Assembly: GCA_965216755.1 (NCBI GenBank)
Contig: CBDCGL010000011.1
Location: 3,776,001-3,840,000, forward strand
Origin: Alphaproteobacteria bacterium
Lineage (GTDB): Bacteria > Pseudomonadota > Alphaproteobacteria > UBA7887
Direction of reading: 5' to 3'
DNA length: 64,000 bases
Part shown: positions 23,118-32,339 of the stretch, piece after piece
Position numbering within the stretch: position 1 is the stretch's first letter
How the letters are laid out: each line of letters opens with the position of its first letter
Translations under genes and position numbers: made by a program
Notes under the pieces: model-generated
What the model saw: only the letters and a program-made list of their open reading frames with translations
Database searches by the model: none
Told to the model about the DNA's origin: nothing

Positions 23118-24716
23118 ATGTACGACTATGTGATCGTTGGCGGCGGCTCCGCCGGTTGCGCCATCGCCGCGCGGCTTGGCGAAATCGCGGATGCCAGATT
23201 GCTGTTGGTCGAGGCCGGGCCGGCTGATCGCGACCGCAAAATCCACTACCCCGTTTGTTTCTACAAAATGACCGACGGTGATTTGACCTGGGGCTACGAG
23301 ACTGCGCCGTCGCCGCAGCGCGATGGTCACGTCATGCGGTTTGCCCAGGCGCGCGTATTGGGCGGCGGCAGTTCCATCAATGCCATGGTCTTTACGCGCG
23401 GCCATGCGGCCGACTTTGACGCCTGGGCTCGGGAAGAACAGTGCGATGGTTGGGCGTACCAAGATGTCTTGCCCTATTTTCGTCGTTCCGAAGACAATAA
23501 CCGCCTGGCGAATGAATACCATGGTATCGGCGGCCCGCTTGGTGCGTCCGATCAAATCAATCCGCATCTGTTGAGCCACGCGTTTGTCCGCGCCGCACAG
23601 CAGGCGGGCTTGGCGCACAACCCCGATTTCAATGGCGCCGCGCAAGATGGGGTCGGGCTCTATCAGGTCACCCAGCGTGGCGCCCGGCGGTGCAGCGCCG
23701 CGGTCGGCTATCTGCACCCGGCCATGAAGCGCGGCAATATTGACTTGGTAACCGACGCGCTCGCCACCCGAATCGTCGTCAAGCATGGGCGTGCGACCGG
23801 CGTCGAATATTTTTCCCATGGTCGTGCTCGCGTGGCGCACGCGGAACAGGAGGTGATCGTTGCGTCCGGTGCGATCGGTTCACCGAAACTGCTGTTGCTA
23901 TCGGGTATCGGGCCGGCGGATGAACTCAAACCCTTAGGTATCGACGTGATCCACGACTTGCCCGGGGTGGGCAAGAATCTTCAGGACCACATCGACGTTT
24001 ACAGCATCCACGAGCTTAACGGACCGTACAGCTATGATCGCCACACGCGACCACGGAACATGTTCTGGGCCGGGCTCCAATATCTGATGTTCCGAACCGG
24101 TCCGGTGACCTCGAACCTCGCCGAGGCGGGCGGTTTTTGGCGCGCCGACGAACGCGCGTCGGCCCCCGATATCCAGTTTCATTTCCTGCCGGGCGCCGGT
24201 TTGGAAGCCGGTGTGCCGCCGGTGCCGAGCGGATATGGCTGCACGATCAACTCTTGCTACCTCAGACCTCGATCGCGGGGTAGCGTGTCGTTGCCGAGTG
24301 CCGACCCGATTGCCGCGCCGATCATCGATCCGAACTACTGGGCGGAACCCCACGATCTGGAAATGTCGCTGCGCGGCTTTGACAAGACGCGCGAGATTGC
24401 CAGCCAGCCGGCCCTTGCCAAATTCATTCGAAAAGAACATCTGCCGGGGCTCGGTGCTATGAACCGCGCCGACATCGAGGCTTACGCCAAACGCTTTGGC
24501 AAGACCGACTATCACCCGGTCGGGACGTGCAAGATGGGCGTGGATGAGCTCGCCGTGGTCGACCCACAATGCCGTGTGTACGGTATCGACGGCCTGCGTG
24601 TCGCCGACAGTTCCATCATGCCGCGCCTGATCGGTTCAAACACCAACGCGACAGCGATCATGATCGGCGAAAAGGCCAGCGACATGATCCGCGGCAATCG
24701 CACGGCCAGACACTGA
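23118..24716 (+). CDS. GMC family oxidoreductase (choline/sorbose dehydrogenase-like)
   Basis: YDYVIVGGGSAG, ARVLGGGSSIN, GVGKNLQDH, YHPVGTCKMG, NTNA. Confidence 0.92.
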   Translation: MYDYVIVGGGSAGCAIAARLGEIADARLLLVEAGPADRDRKIHYPVCFYKMTDGDLTWGYETAPSPQRDGHVMRFAQARVLGGGSSINAMVFTRGHAADFDAWAREEQCDGWAYQDVLPYFRRSEDNNRLANEYHGIGGPLGASDQINPHLLSHAFVRAAQQAGLAHNPDFNGAAQDGVGLYQVTQRGARRCSAAVGYLHPAMKRGNIDLVTDALATRIVVKHGRATGVEYFSHGRARVAHAEQEVIVASGAIGSPKLLLLSGIGPADELKPLGIDVIHDLPGVGKNLQDHIDVYSIHELNGPYSYDRHTRPRNMFWAGLQYLMFRTGPVTSNLAEAGGFWRADERASAPDIQFHFLPGAGLEAGVPPVPSGYGCTINSCYLRPRSRGSVSLPSADPIAAPIIDPNYWAEPHDLEMSLRGFDKTREIASQPALAKFIRKEHLPGLGAMNRADIEAYAKRFGKTDYHPVGTCKMGVDELAVVDPQCRVYGIDGLRVADSSIMPRLIGSNTNATAIMIGEKASDMIRGNRTARH

Positions 24717-24770
24717 CCTAGACAACGAGCACCAAATATGGCGGCCATGCGCCATGATTTGGATTTGACC

Positions 24771-26057
24771 TCAGCGCCGGAAGCGCGCCAGTCGAAACGG
24801 CCGTGGATCCGTGCACGGGCGTTTCCCAGTTACCAGATCCGCCGCAAGTTGGCCGGCGCCGGGGCCGATCCCAAAGCCGTGTCCGGAAAAACCGGTGGCG
24901 ATGAACAGGCCGGGTATCGCGTCGACCGCGGAAATGACGGGCAGGGAATCGGGCGTCACATCGATGCACCCGGCCCAGCGGGTTTCCACGCGGGCAGCGC
25001 GAAATGCGGGGAAATGGCGCCGTATTCGGCGCTCGGCGATGGCCAGTGCGGACAGATCCGGTGCTGGATCCAGAATCCGCGTGTGCTCAAAGGGCGATGT
25101 TTGGTCCAGAGGCCAGCGTTTTGGCACACGCGCTTCGTCAAGGAACGACTTGCCGATCCGCGGCCGCAGATTTCGTCCCGTCGTCCGGAGCGCCGGCAAA
25201 AAATCGAAGAAATAGCGAAAACTGTCGGGCACGAGATCAACCCGGTTGGCATTACCGTTGGCGACCGTGTAGCCGCCATCGCGCCGTTTGCGAAAGGCGA
25301 AGCCTGGGCCGGACGCGGCTCCCTCAGGGCCACCTTCAAATGGCGCTAGGCGCATGGCGGACGCGCGCACCTTCAACTGGGGAAGCTTTACGCCCAGATT
25401 CCGGCAAAAGAGGCTGGACCAGGCGCCGGCGGCCAGGACCACCGCGTTACACGCCACGCGACCATGTTCGGTTACCACCGCCGCGACACGACCCGCCGCC
25501 ACGTCAAGGCCACGTACCGCGCACTGCCCCTTGACGACGGCGCCGCGCCGGCTTGCGGCCGCCGCGATGAGTAGGGTCGCCCGGCCCGGTTCGGCGCGGC
25601 CGTCGCTGGCGGTATGCAGCGCCCCGGTCCAACGGCCCACAAGGCCCGGCAAAATGCGCTCCAATTCGACGCCCCTGACAATCCGTGAATCGATTTGGTA
25701 GGGGCGCGCCGCCGCCAACCATTGTTGTCGTTCCGAAAGATCCTTTTCGGTTCGGCACAAATAGGTGATGCCCGACGCGACATAGCCTGTATTGGCTTCG
25801 ATGCGCCCATTCATGCGTTGCCACAGGCGCTCGCTTTCCAGCATTAGGGGCAATTCGCGCGGATCGCGCCCCATTTTGCGCACCCAGCCCCAATTGCGGC
25901 TCGATTGCTCGGCGCCGATCCGACCCTTTTCGCACAGCAGAGTGGGTATTTCGCGATGGGCGAGAAACAGCGTGGTCGAGGCACCGACGATGCCACCGCC
26001 GATCACCACGACGTCAGCCGCCCGCGGCAGCGCGGCATCAAAGACCTGTGCACTCAT
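24771..26057 (-). CDS. FAD-dependent oxidoreductase, D-amino acid oxidase/DadA family
   Basis: VVIGGGIVG, EQSSRNWGWVR, TGFSGHGFGIGPGAG. Confidence 0.9.
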   Translation of the reverse strand: MSAQVFDAALPRAADVVVIGGGIVGASTTLFLAHREIPTLLCEKGRIGAEQSSRNWGWVRKMGRDPRELPLMLESERLWQRMNGRIEANTGYVASGITYLCRTEKDLSERQQWLAAARPYQIDSRIVRGVELERILPGLVGRWTGALHTASDGRAEPGRATLLIAAAASRRGAVVKGQCAVRGLDVAAGRVAAVVTEHGRVACNAVVLAAGAWSSLFCRNLGVKLPQLKVRASAMRLAPFEGGPEGAASGPGFAFRKRRDGGYTVANGNANRVDLVPDSFRYFFDFLPALRTTGRNLRPRIGKSFLDEARVPKRWPLDQTSPFEHTRILDPAPDLSALAIAERRIRRHFPAFRAARVETRWAGCIDVTPDSLPVISAVDAIPGLFIATGFSGHGFGIGPGAGQLAADLVTGKRPCTDPRPFRLARFRR

Positions 26058-26117
26058 GATTTATGGCAGTGCGCGCGCGAACGTCATCTCGATCGACCCT
26101 TGGTATAAGACACAGCC

Positions 26118-27056
26118 ATGATCTCCTTGCGATCGACGCTTTGCCGCGCTTCATCCGGTCTGGTTGCCAGGCCGCGGCTGCAAGCGCTTGCATGGATGGC
26201 CGGCACGCTGACCGGGTTCACATTCATGGCGATTTCGGGCCGCGCCTTGGCGACCGAAATGTCTGTCGTCCAAATCATCTTTGTGCGCAGTGCCATCGCC
26301 CTGGTGATTGTTGCGCTGTTCGTGCCACGGCGCGGTTGGCGCCTGTTGCATACCAAGCGTCTTGGGCTGCATTTGCTGCGCAACATTGCCCATTTCGGTG
26401 GCCAATACGGCTGGTTTCTGGGCGTTGCTATGATTCCATTGGCGCAAGTTTTTGCCATCGAATTCACGACGCCGATTTGGACTATTTTGCTGGCGGCCTG
26501 GTTATTGGGCGAGCGCCTGACCGGCGCACGGATCTGGGCGGTTATATTGGGAATTGTCGGCATCGCCATCATTTTGCGGCCGGGAGCGGCGGGATGGAAC
26601 ATCGCGGCCCTGGCGGTCTTAGGCGCGGCCTTTGCCTATGCCGTATCGTACATCTTGACCAAGAAGCTGACCGCGACCGAGTCGCCGCTGGCGATTTTGT
26701 TTTACATGAACTTGTTCCAGTTGCCGATGGCCTTGCTGCCGTCACTGCCCGTGTGGGTGACGCCATCGCCGGCAATGTGGCCGTGGGCGGTGGTCGTCGC
26801 GGTGGCGGGGCTTTTGGCCCATTATTGTTTGGCGCGGGCGTTGGCCCTGGCCGATGCCGCGTTCATTGTCCCGCTGGACTTTTTGCGCTTGCCTTTGATC
26901 GCACTGGTCGGTGCCGGGTTATATGGGGAACCCATTGAAATCATGGTTCTTGTTGGGGCGGCGGTGATCATGTTCGGAAGCTACGTCAACAGCCGTGGGC
27001 CGCATCGATCGGCGACGATGGCGGGCGGTTCGCCCGGTGACCAGCGGAAACGTTGA
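26118..27056 (+). CDS. DMT/EamA family transporter
   Basis: About 10 hydrophobic segments in two EamA repeats (FTTPIW, LGERL, PLDFLRLP). Confidence 0.88.
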   Translation: MISLRSTLCRASSGLVARPRLQALAWMAGTLTGFTFMAISGRALATEMSVVQIIFVRSAIALVIVALFVPRRGWRLLHTKRLGLHLLRNIAHFGGQYGWFLGVAMIPLAQVFAIEFTTPIWTILLAAWLLGERLTGARIWAVILGIVGIAIILRPGAAGWNIAALAVLGAAFAYAVSYILTKKLTATESPLAILFYMNLFQLPMALLPSLPVWVTPSPAMWPWAVVVAVAGLLAHYCLARALALADAAFIVPLDFLRLPLIALVGAGLYGEPIEIMVLVGAAVIMFGSYVNSRGPHRSATMAGGSPGDQRKR

Positions 27057-27235
27057 GCAAACTGCTCGCCCATTGATTTTGCCAACTGCCTCGTAGATAG
27101 TTCACCGCTTATGCGTTGACCTGCCACGCGGCGCGCCTGAGCCGTGTTTGTGCTGCCATTGTGGCGTCAATATTGAGCCGAAACGGTCACGACAAAGGCC
27201 GAACCGGCAATGAGGTTTGGGGGAGGACAAGACAT

Positions 27236-29203
27236 ATGGACTCCATGGATGCCAAAACCATTTGGCTTTTCGTATTCGTGGCCCTGTATTGGGCGTACTG
27301 CATTTTCTGGGGTATCAAGGGTGCGCTGACCGCGCGGACCGCCAGTGATTACTTCATTGCCGGGCGAGGTATTTCGATTTGGGTCTTTGTGCTGGCCGCC
27401 ACTGCCACGTCGTTTTCCGGCTGGACGTTCATGGGCCATCCCGGGCTGATTTATCGTGATGGCTTTCCGTATGCCTACGCGTCGTTTTACGCGATCACGA
27501 TCCCATTTACCGGGGTCATGTTCCTGAAACGCCAGTGGATGATCGGCAAGCGCTTTGGGTTTGTGACGCCGGGCGAAATGCTGTCGGACTATTTTCGATC
27601 GGACGCGATTCGCATTCTGGTGGTGATCGTCGCGCTGGTCTTTTCGGTACCGTATCTGGGCGTGCAGCTGCGCGCGTCCGGTTTTCTTTTCAATGTTTTG
27701 ACCGACGGCCTTTTGGGGGTCGAGGTCGGCATGTGGCTGTTGTCGGCCGTGGTGCTGATCTATGTCGCGTCGGGTGGCCTGCGCGCGGTGGCCTATGTGG
27801 ACACCATGCAGTGCATTTTGCTGGCCGGCGGCATCATCGCGATCGGCATTATCACTCTGTCGTTTGTTGGCGGCATGGGGGCATTGTCCGACGGTATCGC
27901 GCAACTGAGCGCGATTGACGAGAAACTGACGCCTGCCGGGCACAGTCACTATGTGGCAATTCCCGGTGTGATCCAGTTTGTGTCAACCGGGCCGGCGGCC
28001 GTGGGCGGCGCCTGGACCGGTATCATGATTCTGACCTACATGTTCGCGCTGATGGGCATTCAATCGGCGCCGGCGTTCTCCATGTGGGCGTTCTCGAACA
28101 AAAGCCCCGAACCGTTCGCGCCCCAGCAAGTGTGGGCGTCGTCGTTCGGCATCGGCGCTATTCTGTTCGCATTCACGGCCATCCAGGGGATCGGCGCTCA
28201 TTTGCTGGGCGCCGACACGGCCCTGCTGGCCGCCCATCCGGAAGTGGTCAACAATGTCATGGGCGAAGGCCTTGGCGGCGTCGACCTGATGGAGGCAAAA
28301 GGCAAACAAGGCATGTTGGTGCCGCAGCTGATTAATCTGATGGCCGATTCGGCGCCCTGGTTGGTTGGCTTGTTATCAGTGTGCGCCTTGGCCGCGATGC
28401 AATCGACCGGGGCGGCGTACATGTCGACCGCCGGTGGCATGCTGACCCGCGATCTGATCAAGCATTACCTGATGCCGGATGCCGGCCATGGCACGCAGAA
28501 ACTTTTCGGTCGCATCGGTGTCGCCATCATCGTCTTTGCCGCGCTGATCGTTGCCTCGACGTCGTCGGATGCGTTGGTGCTGTTGGGCGGTTTGGCCGTG
28601 GCCTATGGCTTCCAGATGTGGCCGTCGTTGATCGCGGTCTGCTGGTGGCCATGGTTGACCCGTGCCGGCGTGACCCTTGGATTGATCGCGGGATTGATCG
28701 CGGTGACGCTAACCGAGAGTATCGCGCGTGATTGGTTCGGTATCACCGCGTGGGGTCGTTGGCCGCTGACCATTCATTCTGCCGGCTGGGGCATCTTCTT
28801 CAATTTCGGCATTGCGGTTATCGTCTCGATGTTCACGCAAAACAGTGCCGATATGGCCCACAAGATGAAGGTTCATGATTTCCTGCGCGAACATGCGAGA
28901 TTGCCCGCCCATAAGCGGGGATTGGTACCGACCGCATGGATCATCACCTTGATTTGGTTTTTCTTCGCCATTGGACCGGGCGCGGTGATCGGCAATACCC
29001 TGTTTGGGGATCCGAATGACGCCACGACGTGGCTGTTCGGTGTGCCGTCGATTTGGACTTGGCAAGTCATCTGGTGGGCTGCGGGCGTGTTCATGATGTG
29101 GTTCCTGGCCTACAAGATGGAAATGGCCACGGTGCCGGCGATGGAAGTGGAGGCGCTGCACGAAGATATCGGCGACGTGCAACTGGCGATCGACAAGCCG
29201 TAA
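27236..29203 (+). CDS. Sodium:solute symporter (SSS) family transporter
   Basis: DYFIAGR, ATSFSGWTFMGHPG, GGLRAVAYVD, ALAAMQST and many TM helices. GGAGG RBS before ATG 27236. Confidence 0.92.
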   Translation: MDSMDAKTIWLFVFVALYWAYCIFWGIKGALTARTASDYFIAGRGISIWVFVLAATATSFSGWTFMGHPGLIYRDGFPYAYASFYAITIPFTGVMFLKRQWMIGKRFGFVTPGEMLSDYFRSDAIRILVVIVALVFSVPYLGVQLRASGFLFNVLTDGLLGVEVGMWLLSAVVLIYVASGGLRAVAYVDTMQCILLAGGIIAIGIITLSFVGGMGALSDGIAQLSAIDEKLTPAGHSHYVAIPGVIQFVSTGPAAVGGAWTGIMILTYMFALMGIQSAPAFSMWAFSNKSPEPFAPQQVWASSFGIGAILFAFTAIQGIGAHLLGADTALLAAHPEVVNNVMGEGLGGVDLMEAKGKQGMLVPQLINLMADSAPWLVGLLSVCALAAMQSTGAAYMSTAGGMLTRDLIKHYLMPDAGHGTQKLFGRIGVAIIVFAALIVASTSSDALVLLGGLAVAYGFQMWPSLIAVCWWPWLTRAGVTLGLIAGLIAVTLTESIARDWFGITAWGRWPLTIHSAGWGIFFNFGIAVIVSMFTQNSADMAHKMKVHDFLREHARLPAHKRGLVPTAWIITLIWFFFAIGPGAVIGNTLFGDPNDATTWLFGVPSIWTWQVIWWAAGVFMMWFLAYKMEMATVPAMEVEALHEDIGDVQLAIDKP

Positions 29204-29273
29204 GTGGAAGCGATGGTATCGGGGCGGCGAAGACGCCGGCCCCGCCATCGTGGCGAAGGATGAGGGCGGCGAC

Positions 29274-29510
29274 ATGCCGCTGAGTTACTGGGCATGGGTC
29301 GTCGCTCTGGCGGCGGCCTTGCTGTACCCGGTCGGCCGTTTGATATGGGTGTTTAGCGTGCGCCGATTGCAGCGGCGATTGGGCCGCGCGCTGCGCGAGG
29401 AGGAAATCGCGGGCCAACGGCGGCGCGCCTATTTCATCGCGGTTCCTGTCTGTCTTGCGTTCGCTGCGCTATTCAATATGCGTTTGTTGGATTTTTCCGG
29501 CGGTGGATGA
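29274..29510 (+). CDS. Small two-TM membrane protein
   Basis: Two hydrophobic helices flank a basic loop (SVRRLQRRLGR). Follows the symporter in the same direction. Confidence 0.65.
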   Translation: MPLSYWAWVVALAAALLYPVGRLIWVFSVRRLQRRLGRALREEEIAGQRRRAYFIAVPVCLAFAALFNMRLLDFSGGG

Positions 29511-30123
29511 ACGCCTATACCGATTTCTCAAGATCGCCGCCATTGCGCTCGCGGTGGTTTGCGCCGGTTGGTTGGTTTACGACGGATTTTTGGCGCGCCA
29601 AGATGCCGCCGGGCAAGCCGGCCAAGCGGCGGATCGCTTGTTCCAGGACGGTGCCTATGAGGCGGCGCTGGAAACCTATCGCAAAGCGGCGCTGGCCGCG
29701 CCCGAGCTGCCCGATCCCGCGCATGGCATCGCCATCAGCCTGATGCAGCTCGATCGTCGCGAACAGGCGTTGGCGGCGTTTGCCCATGCGATCGCCCTGG
29801 ATCCGACGCACGCCGGCAACTATGCGAACCGTGGCATATTGCTGGATCGCATGGGCGACCACCAAGCCGCGATGCATGACTATGAACGGGCGCTATCGCT
29901 GGACCCAAGCTTGGCTGATGGGCCGGGGTGGCTGACGCGTTTCCTGCGCAATCAGGCCGAGCGGCCGCCATCGATCGCCGATCGGTTGGATTATTTGCGG
30001 ATTGAGCTGGCTAAACCGGCGGCGGAGCGTTTGCTGCATCAGCCGGACACGGACGCGGCGCAGCGCCCGTACAAAAAGCACCGCGATGCTTCAGTCGAAG
30101 AGGCCGAAAATGTCGACGAATAG
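29503..30123 (+). CDS. Membrane-anchored TPR protein
   Basis: N-terminal TM followed by TPR-like repeats (AIALDP...YANRG...YERALSLDP). GTG start overlaps the upstream stop. Confidence 0.8.
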   Translation: MDERLYRFLKIAAIALAVVCAGWLVYDGFLARQDAAGQAGQAADRLFQDGAYEAALETYRKAALAAPELPDPAHGIAISLMQLDRREQALAAFAHAIALDPTHAGNYANRGILLDRMGDHQAAMHDYERALSLDPSLADGPGWLTRFLRNQAERPPSIADRLDYLRIELAKPAAERLLHQPDTDAAQRPYKKHRDASVEEAENVDE

Positions 30124-30267
30124 AACCCGGACGCAAAACAGCAGCGCGATGGCGCCAAACAACTGATGGACCACTGGTCGTTCACCGTTTGCATCGCGAT
30201 AGGTCAAGCCATGCCAGGCGACGCCCGCCGTGACGAGAACGAAAATGACATCAAGCGGTTCGGGCAT
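30091..30267 (-). CDS. Small two-TM hypothetical protein (58 aa)
   Basis: MPEPLDVIFVLVTAGVAWHGLTYRD...LFGAIALLFCVRVLFVDIFGLFD, the C-terminal part of ORF 30091..30507. Confidence 0.6.
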   Translation of the reverse strand: MPEPLDVIFVLVTAGVAWHGLTYRDANGERPVVHQLFGAIALLFCVRVLFVDIFGLFD

Positions 30268-30290
30268 CCCGTCGCTAACTGGTTCGTGCC

Positions 30291-30686
30291 TCAGTAACAG
30301 GGCGGAAAATAGCAGCCGGTCGGTCCACTCATATAATGGGAGCCGATAACCAAAACCGCCAGCGTTAGGCTGGTCCATACCGCATAGCGGATGCCGAGAT
30401 AGATCATGGTTGGCGTCGGCGGCTCGTGGACTATGCCATATTCGGCCGGGTCCAGGCGGCCGTCGCCCGCCTTGCGCACAATCTCGCGGGTAAAGGCGCG
30501 CACCCACATCGGCACACGGTCACGGTACATATAGGCCGTAAAGGCCGCTTCCAGCTGCGGGCCCGATTTGCGTCCGTACCACGCCAAAAAAGCCAATTCA
30601 AAAACCTGGAACTCCGGAACATCGAGTAAAGCGGCGGCATCCAACACGGTTTGGATGTCTACTGGCAAATCCGGATCAAGTTTCAT
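30291..30686 (-). CDS. Hypothetical protein with C-terminal TM and CYFPPCY tail
   Basis: Protein-like ORF from MKLDPDLP with one hydrophobic helix near the C-terminus. No family recognised. Confidence 0.65.
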   Translation of the reverse strand: MKLDPDLPVDIQTVLDAAALLDVPEFQVFELAFLAWYGRKSGPQLEAAFTAYMYRDRVPMWVRAFTREIVRKAGDGRLDPAEYGIVHEPPTPTMIYLGIRYAVWTSLTLAVLVIGSHYMSGPTGCYFPPCY

Positions 30687-30743
30687 ATCCCGCGCCCCCG
30701 GGTTGCTGATATGGTACGCGCCGTGCCGCAGGCTTAGCAAATC

Positions 30744-32339
30744 TTGCGTTTCGGTCGCGTTGTCGATGCATCCAACGGCTGTCGTTCTTACGACGATGTA
30801 CCCCTAGACCTTATTTTGGCTCGCTTAGCCGGGAATCAAAGAGCGGACGTCACGCGTCGGGGTCAGAGTGGCGCGTCGGCAACGCCATCGCAAACGGCCG
30901 TCTTCACGCGACTGGTCCGCGATCATATGCGCGCCGCCCCGGTCCATGTGCCAGCCACAACACCGCTCAAAGACGCGGTAACCAAAATGGCCGCGGCCCG
31001 CGCCAGCGCGGTGATGGTTACCGATGATGCTGGTGCCATCGTCGGCATTGTCACCGAGCAAGACATCGCGCGGCGCATGGCGTTCGGGCCGCCGGCCGAG
31101 ACCGAAATCGGGACGGTGATGACCGCACCTGTGGCCGTGATACGCGATACGGATTTGCTCTATCACGCGATCGGTCGCATGCGACGATCCCGGTTGCGCC
31201 ATATGCCGGTGGTCGATCGCGGCGGCCGTGCGGTCGGAATTCTAGAGCTGCACGACGCGCTGGCGGTTGGAGCCGGGCAAATGGTCGACCAGATCGATCG
31301 CCTGACCCATGAAGGCAGCCTTGAAGGGTTGCGTCGGGTTAAACGGGAGCAGGCGGCCGTGGCCAGCCAGTTGCTAGCCGACAATGTTCCGGCGCCGGAC
31401 GTATTGCGGCTGATTTCCGACATCAATTGTGATCTCTATCGACGCGTGGTCGACCTGGCCTGCGAGGACGTGCGCACGGCCGAGGGCGAGCTGCCGCCGC
31501 TGCCATTTGCCGTGATTGTCATGGGATCGGGCGGGCGCGGTGAAAGCGGCCTGAGCGCAGACCAAGACAATGGGTTTATTGTCGCCGACTATCCAGACGC
31601 CGAGCATGATCGCATCGATGGGTATTTTCGCCAATTGGCGACACGCATGACCGCGATGTTGGACGAAGTGGGATTACCGCTGTGTTCGGGTGATGTTATG
31701 GCGTCCAATCCGCTGTGGCGCAAAACAGCGAGCCAATGGTGTGCGCAAGTGGACTATTGGCTGCGTAAGCGTAACGCGGCGATCTTGCGGTTGGGTGACG
31801 TATTTTTCGATTTTCAAGCGGCCGCTGGGGCGCATGATTTGGCCGAGCGGGTGCGCGCCCATATCGCCGAGACGCTGCCTGGCGCCTACCCATTTTTGCA
31901 GACCATGTATGGCGCGCAACAGAACCACCGCACGGCGCTGGGCTTATTCGGTTGGTTTCGGCGCGAGGCCGAGGGGCCGCACAAAGGCATGATCAGCCTA
32001 AAATACGGCGGCTCGCTGCCCTTGGTGGAAGCGGTCCGTTTGTTGGCCTTGCGCGCTGGGATCCGTGAGACGGGCACGCGCATCCGAATTGCGACCTTGG
32101 TCGAGGCCGGCGAGTTGGCGCCCGGACTGGGCGACGACTTGACCGAAGCATTCAGCGTGATCACCGCCGCGACCCTGCGCCACCAATTGGCAGATTACGC
32201 CGCCGGTCGTCCATTGACCTATTGGCTGCGCCCGCGCCGCGTAAGCGCCCGCGAACGACGCCGACTAAAGGCGGCGCTGCGTGCGGTCGAAAGGCTGCGC
32301 AGCCAAGTGCGCAGCACATTTACCGGCGACGTGTTCTGA
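30744..32339 (+). CDS. CBS-pair + DUF294 nucleotidyltransferase-like protein
   Basis: CBS motifs (GIVTEQDI, RHMPVVD), NTase motif VMGSGGRGE...DQDNG, GDVMASNPLWR, FFDF and a DUF294_C-like tail. The start is uncertain and probably lies downstream. Confidence 0.87.
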   Translation: MRFGRVVDASNGCRSYDDVPLDLILARLAGNQRADVTRRGQSGASATPSQTAVFTRLVRDHMRAAPVHVPATTPLKDAVTKMAAARASAVMVTDDAGAIVGIVTEQDIARRMAFGPPAETEIGTVMTAPVAVIRDTDLLYHAIGRMRRSRLRHMPVVDRGGRAVGILELHDALAVGAGQMVDQIDRLTHEGSLEGLRRVKREQAAVASQLLADNVPAPDVLRLISDINCDLYRRVVDLACEDVRTAEGELPPLPFAVIVMGSGGRGESGLSADQDNGFIVADYPDAEHDRIDGYFRQLATRMTAMLDEVGLPLCSGDVMASNPLWRKTASQWCAQVDYWLRKRNAAILRLGDVFFDFQAAAGAHDLAERVRAHIAETLPGAYPFLQTMYGAQQNHRTALGLFGWFRREAEGPHKGMISLKYGGSLPLVEAVRLLALRAGIRETGTRIRIATLVEAGELAPGLGDDLTEAFSVITAATLRHQLADYAAGRPLTYWLRPRRVSARERRRLKAALRAVERLRSQVRSTFTGDVF

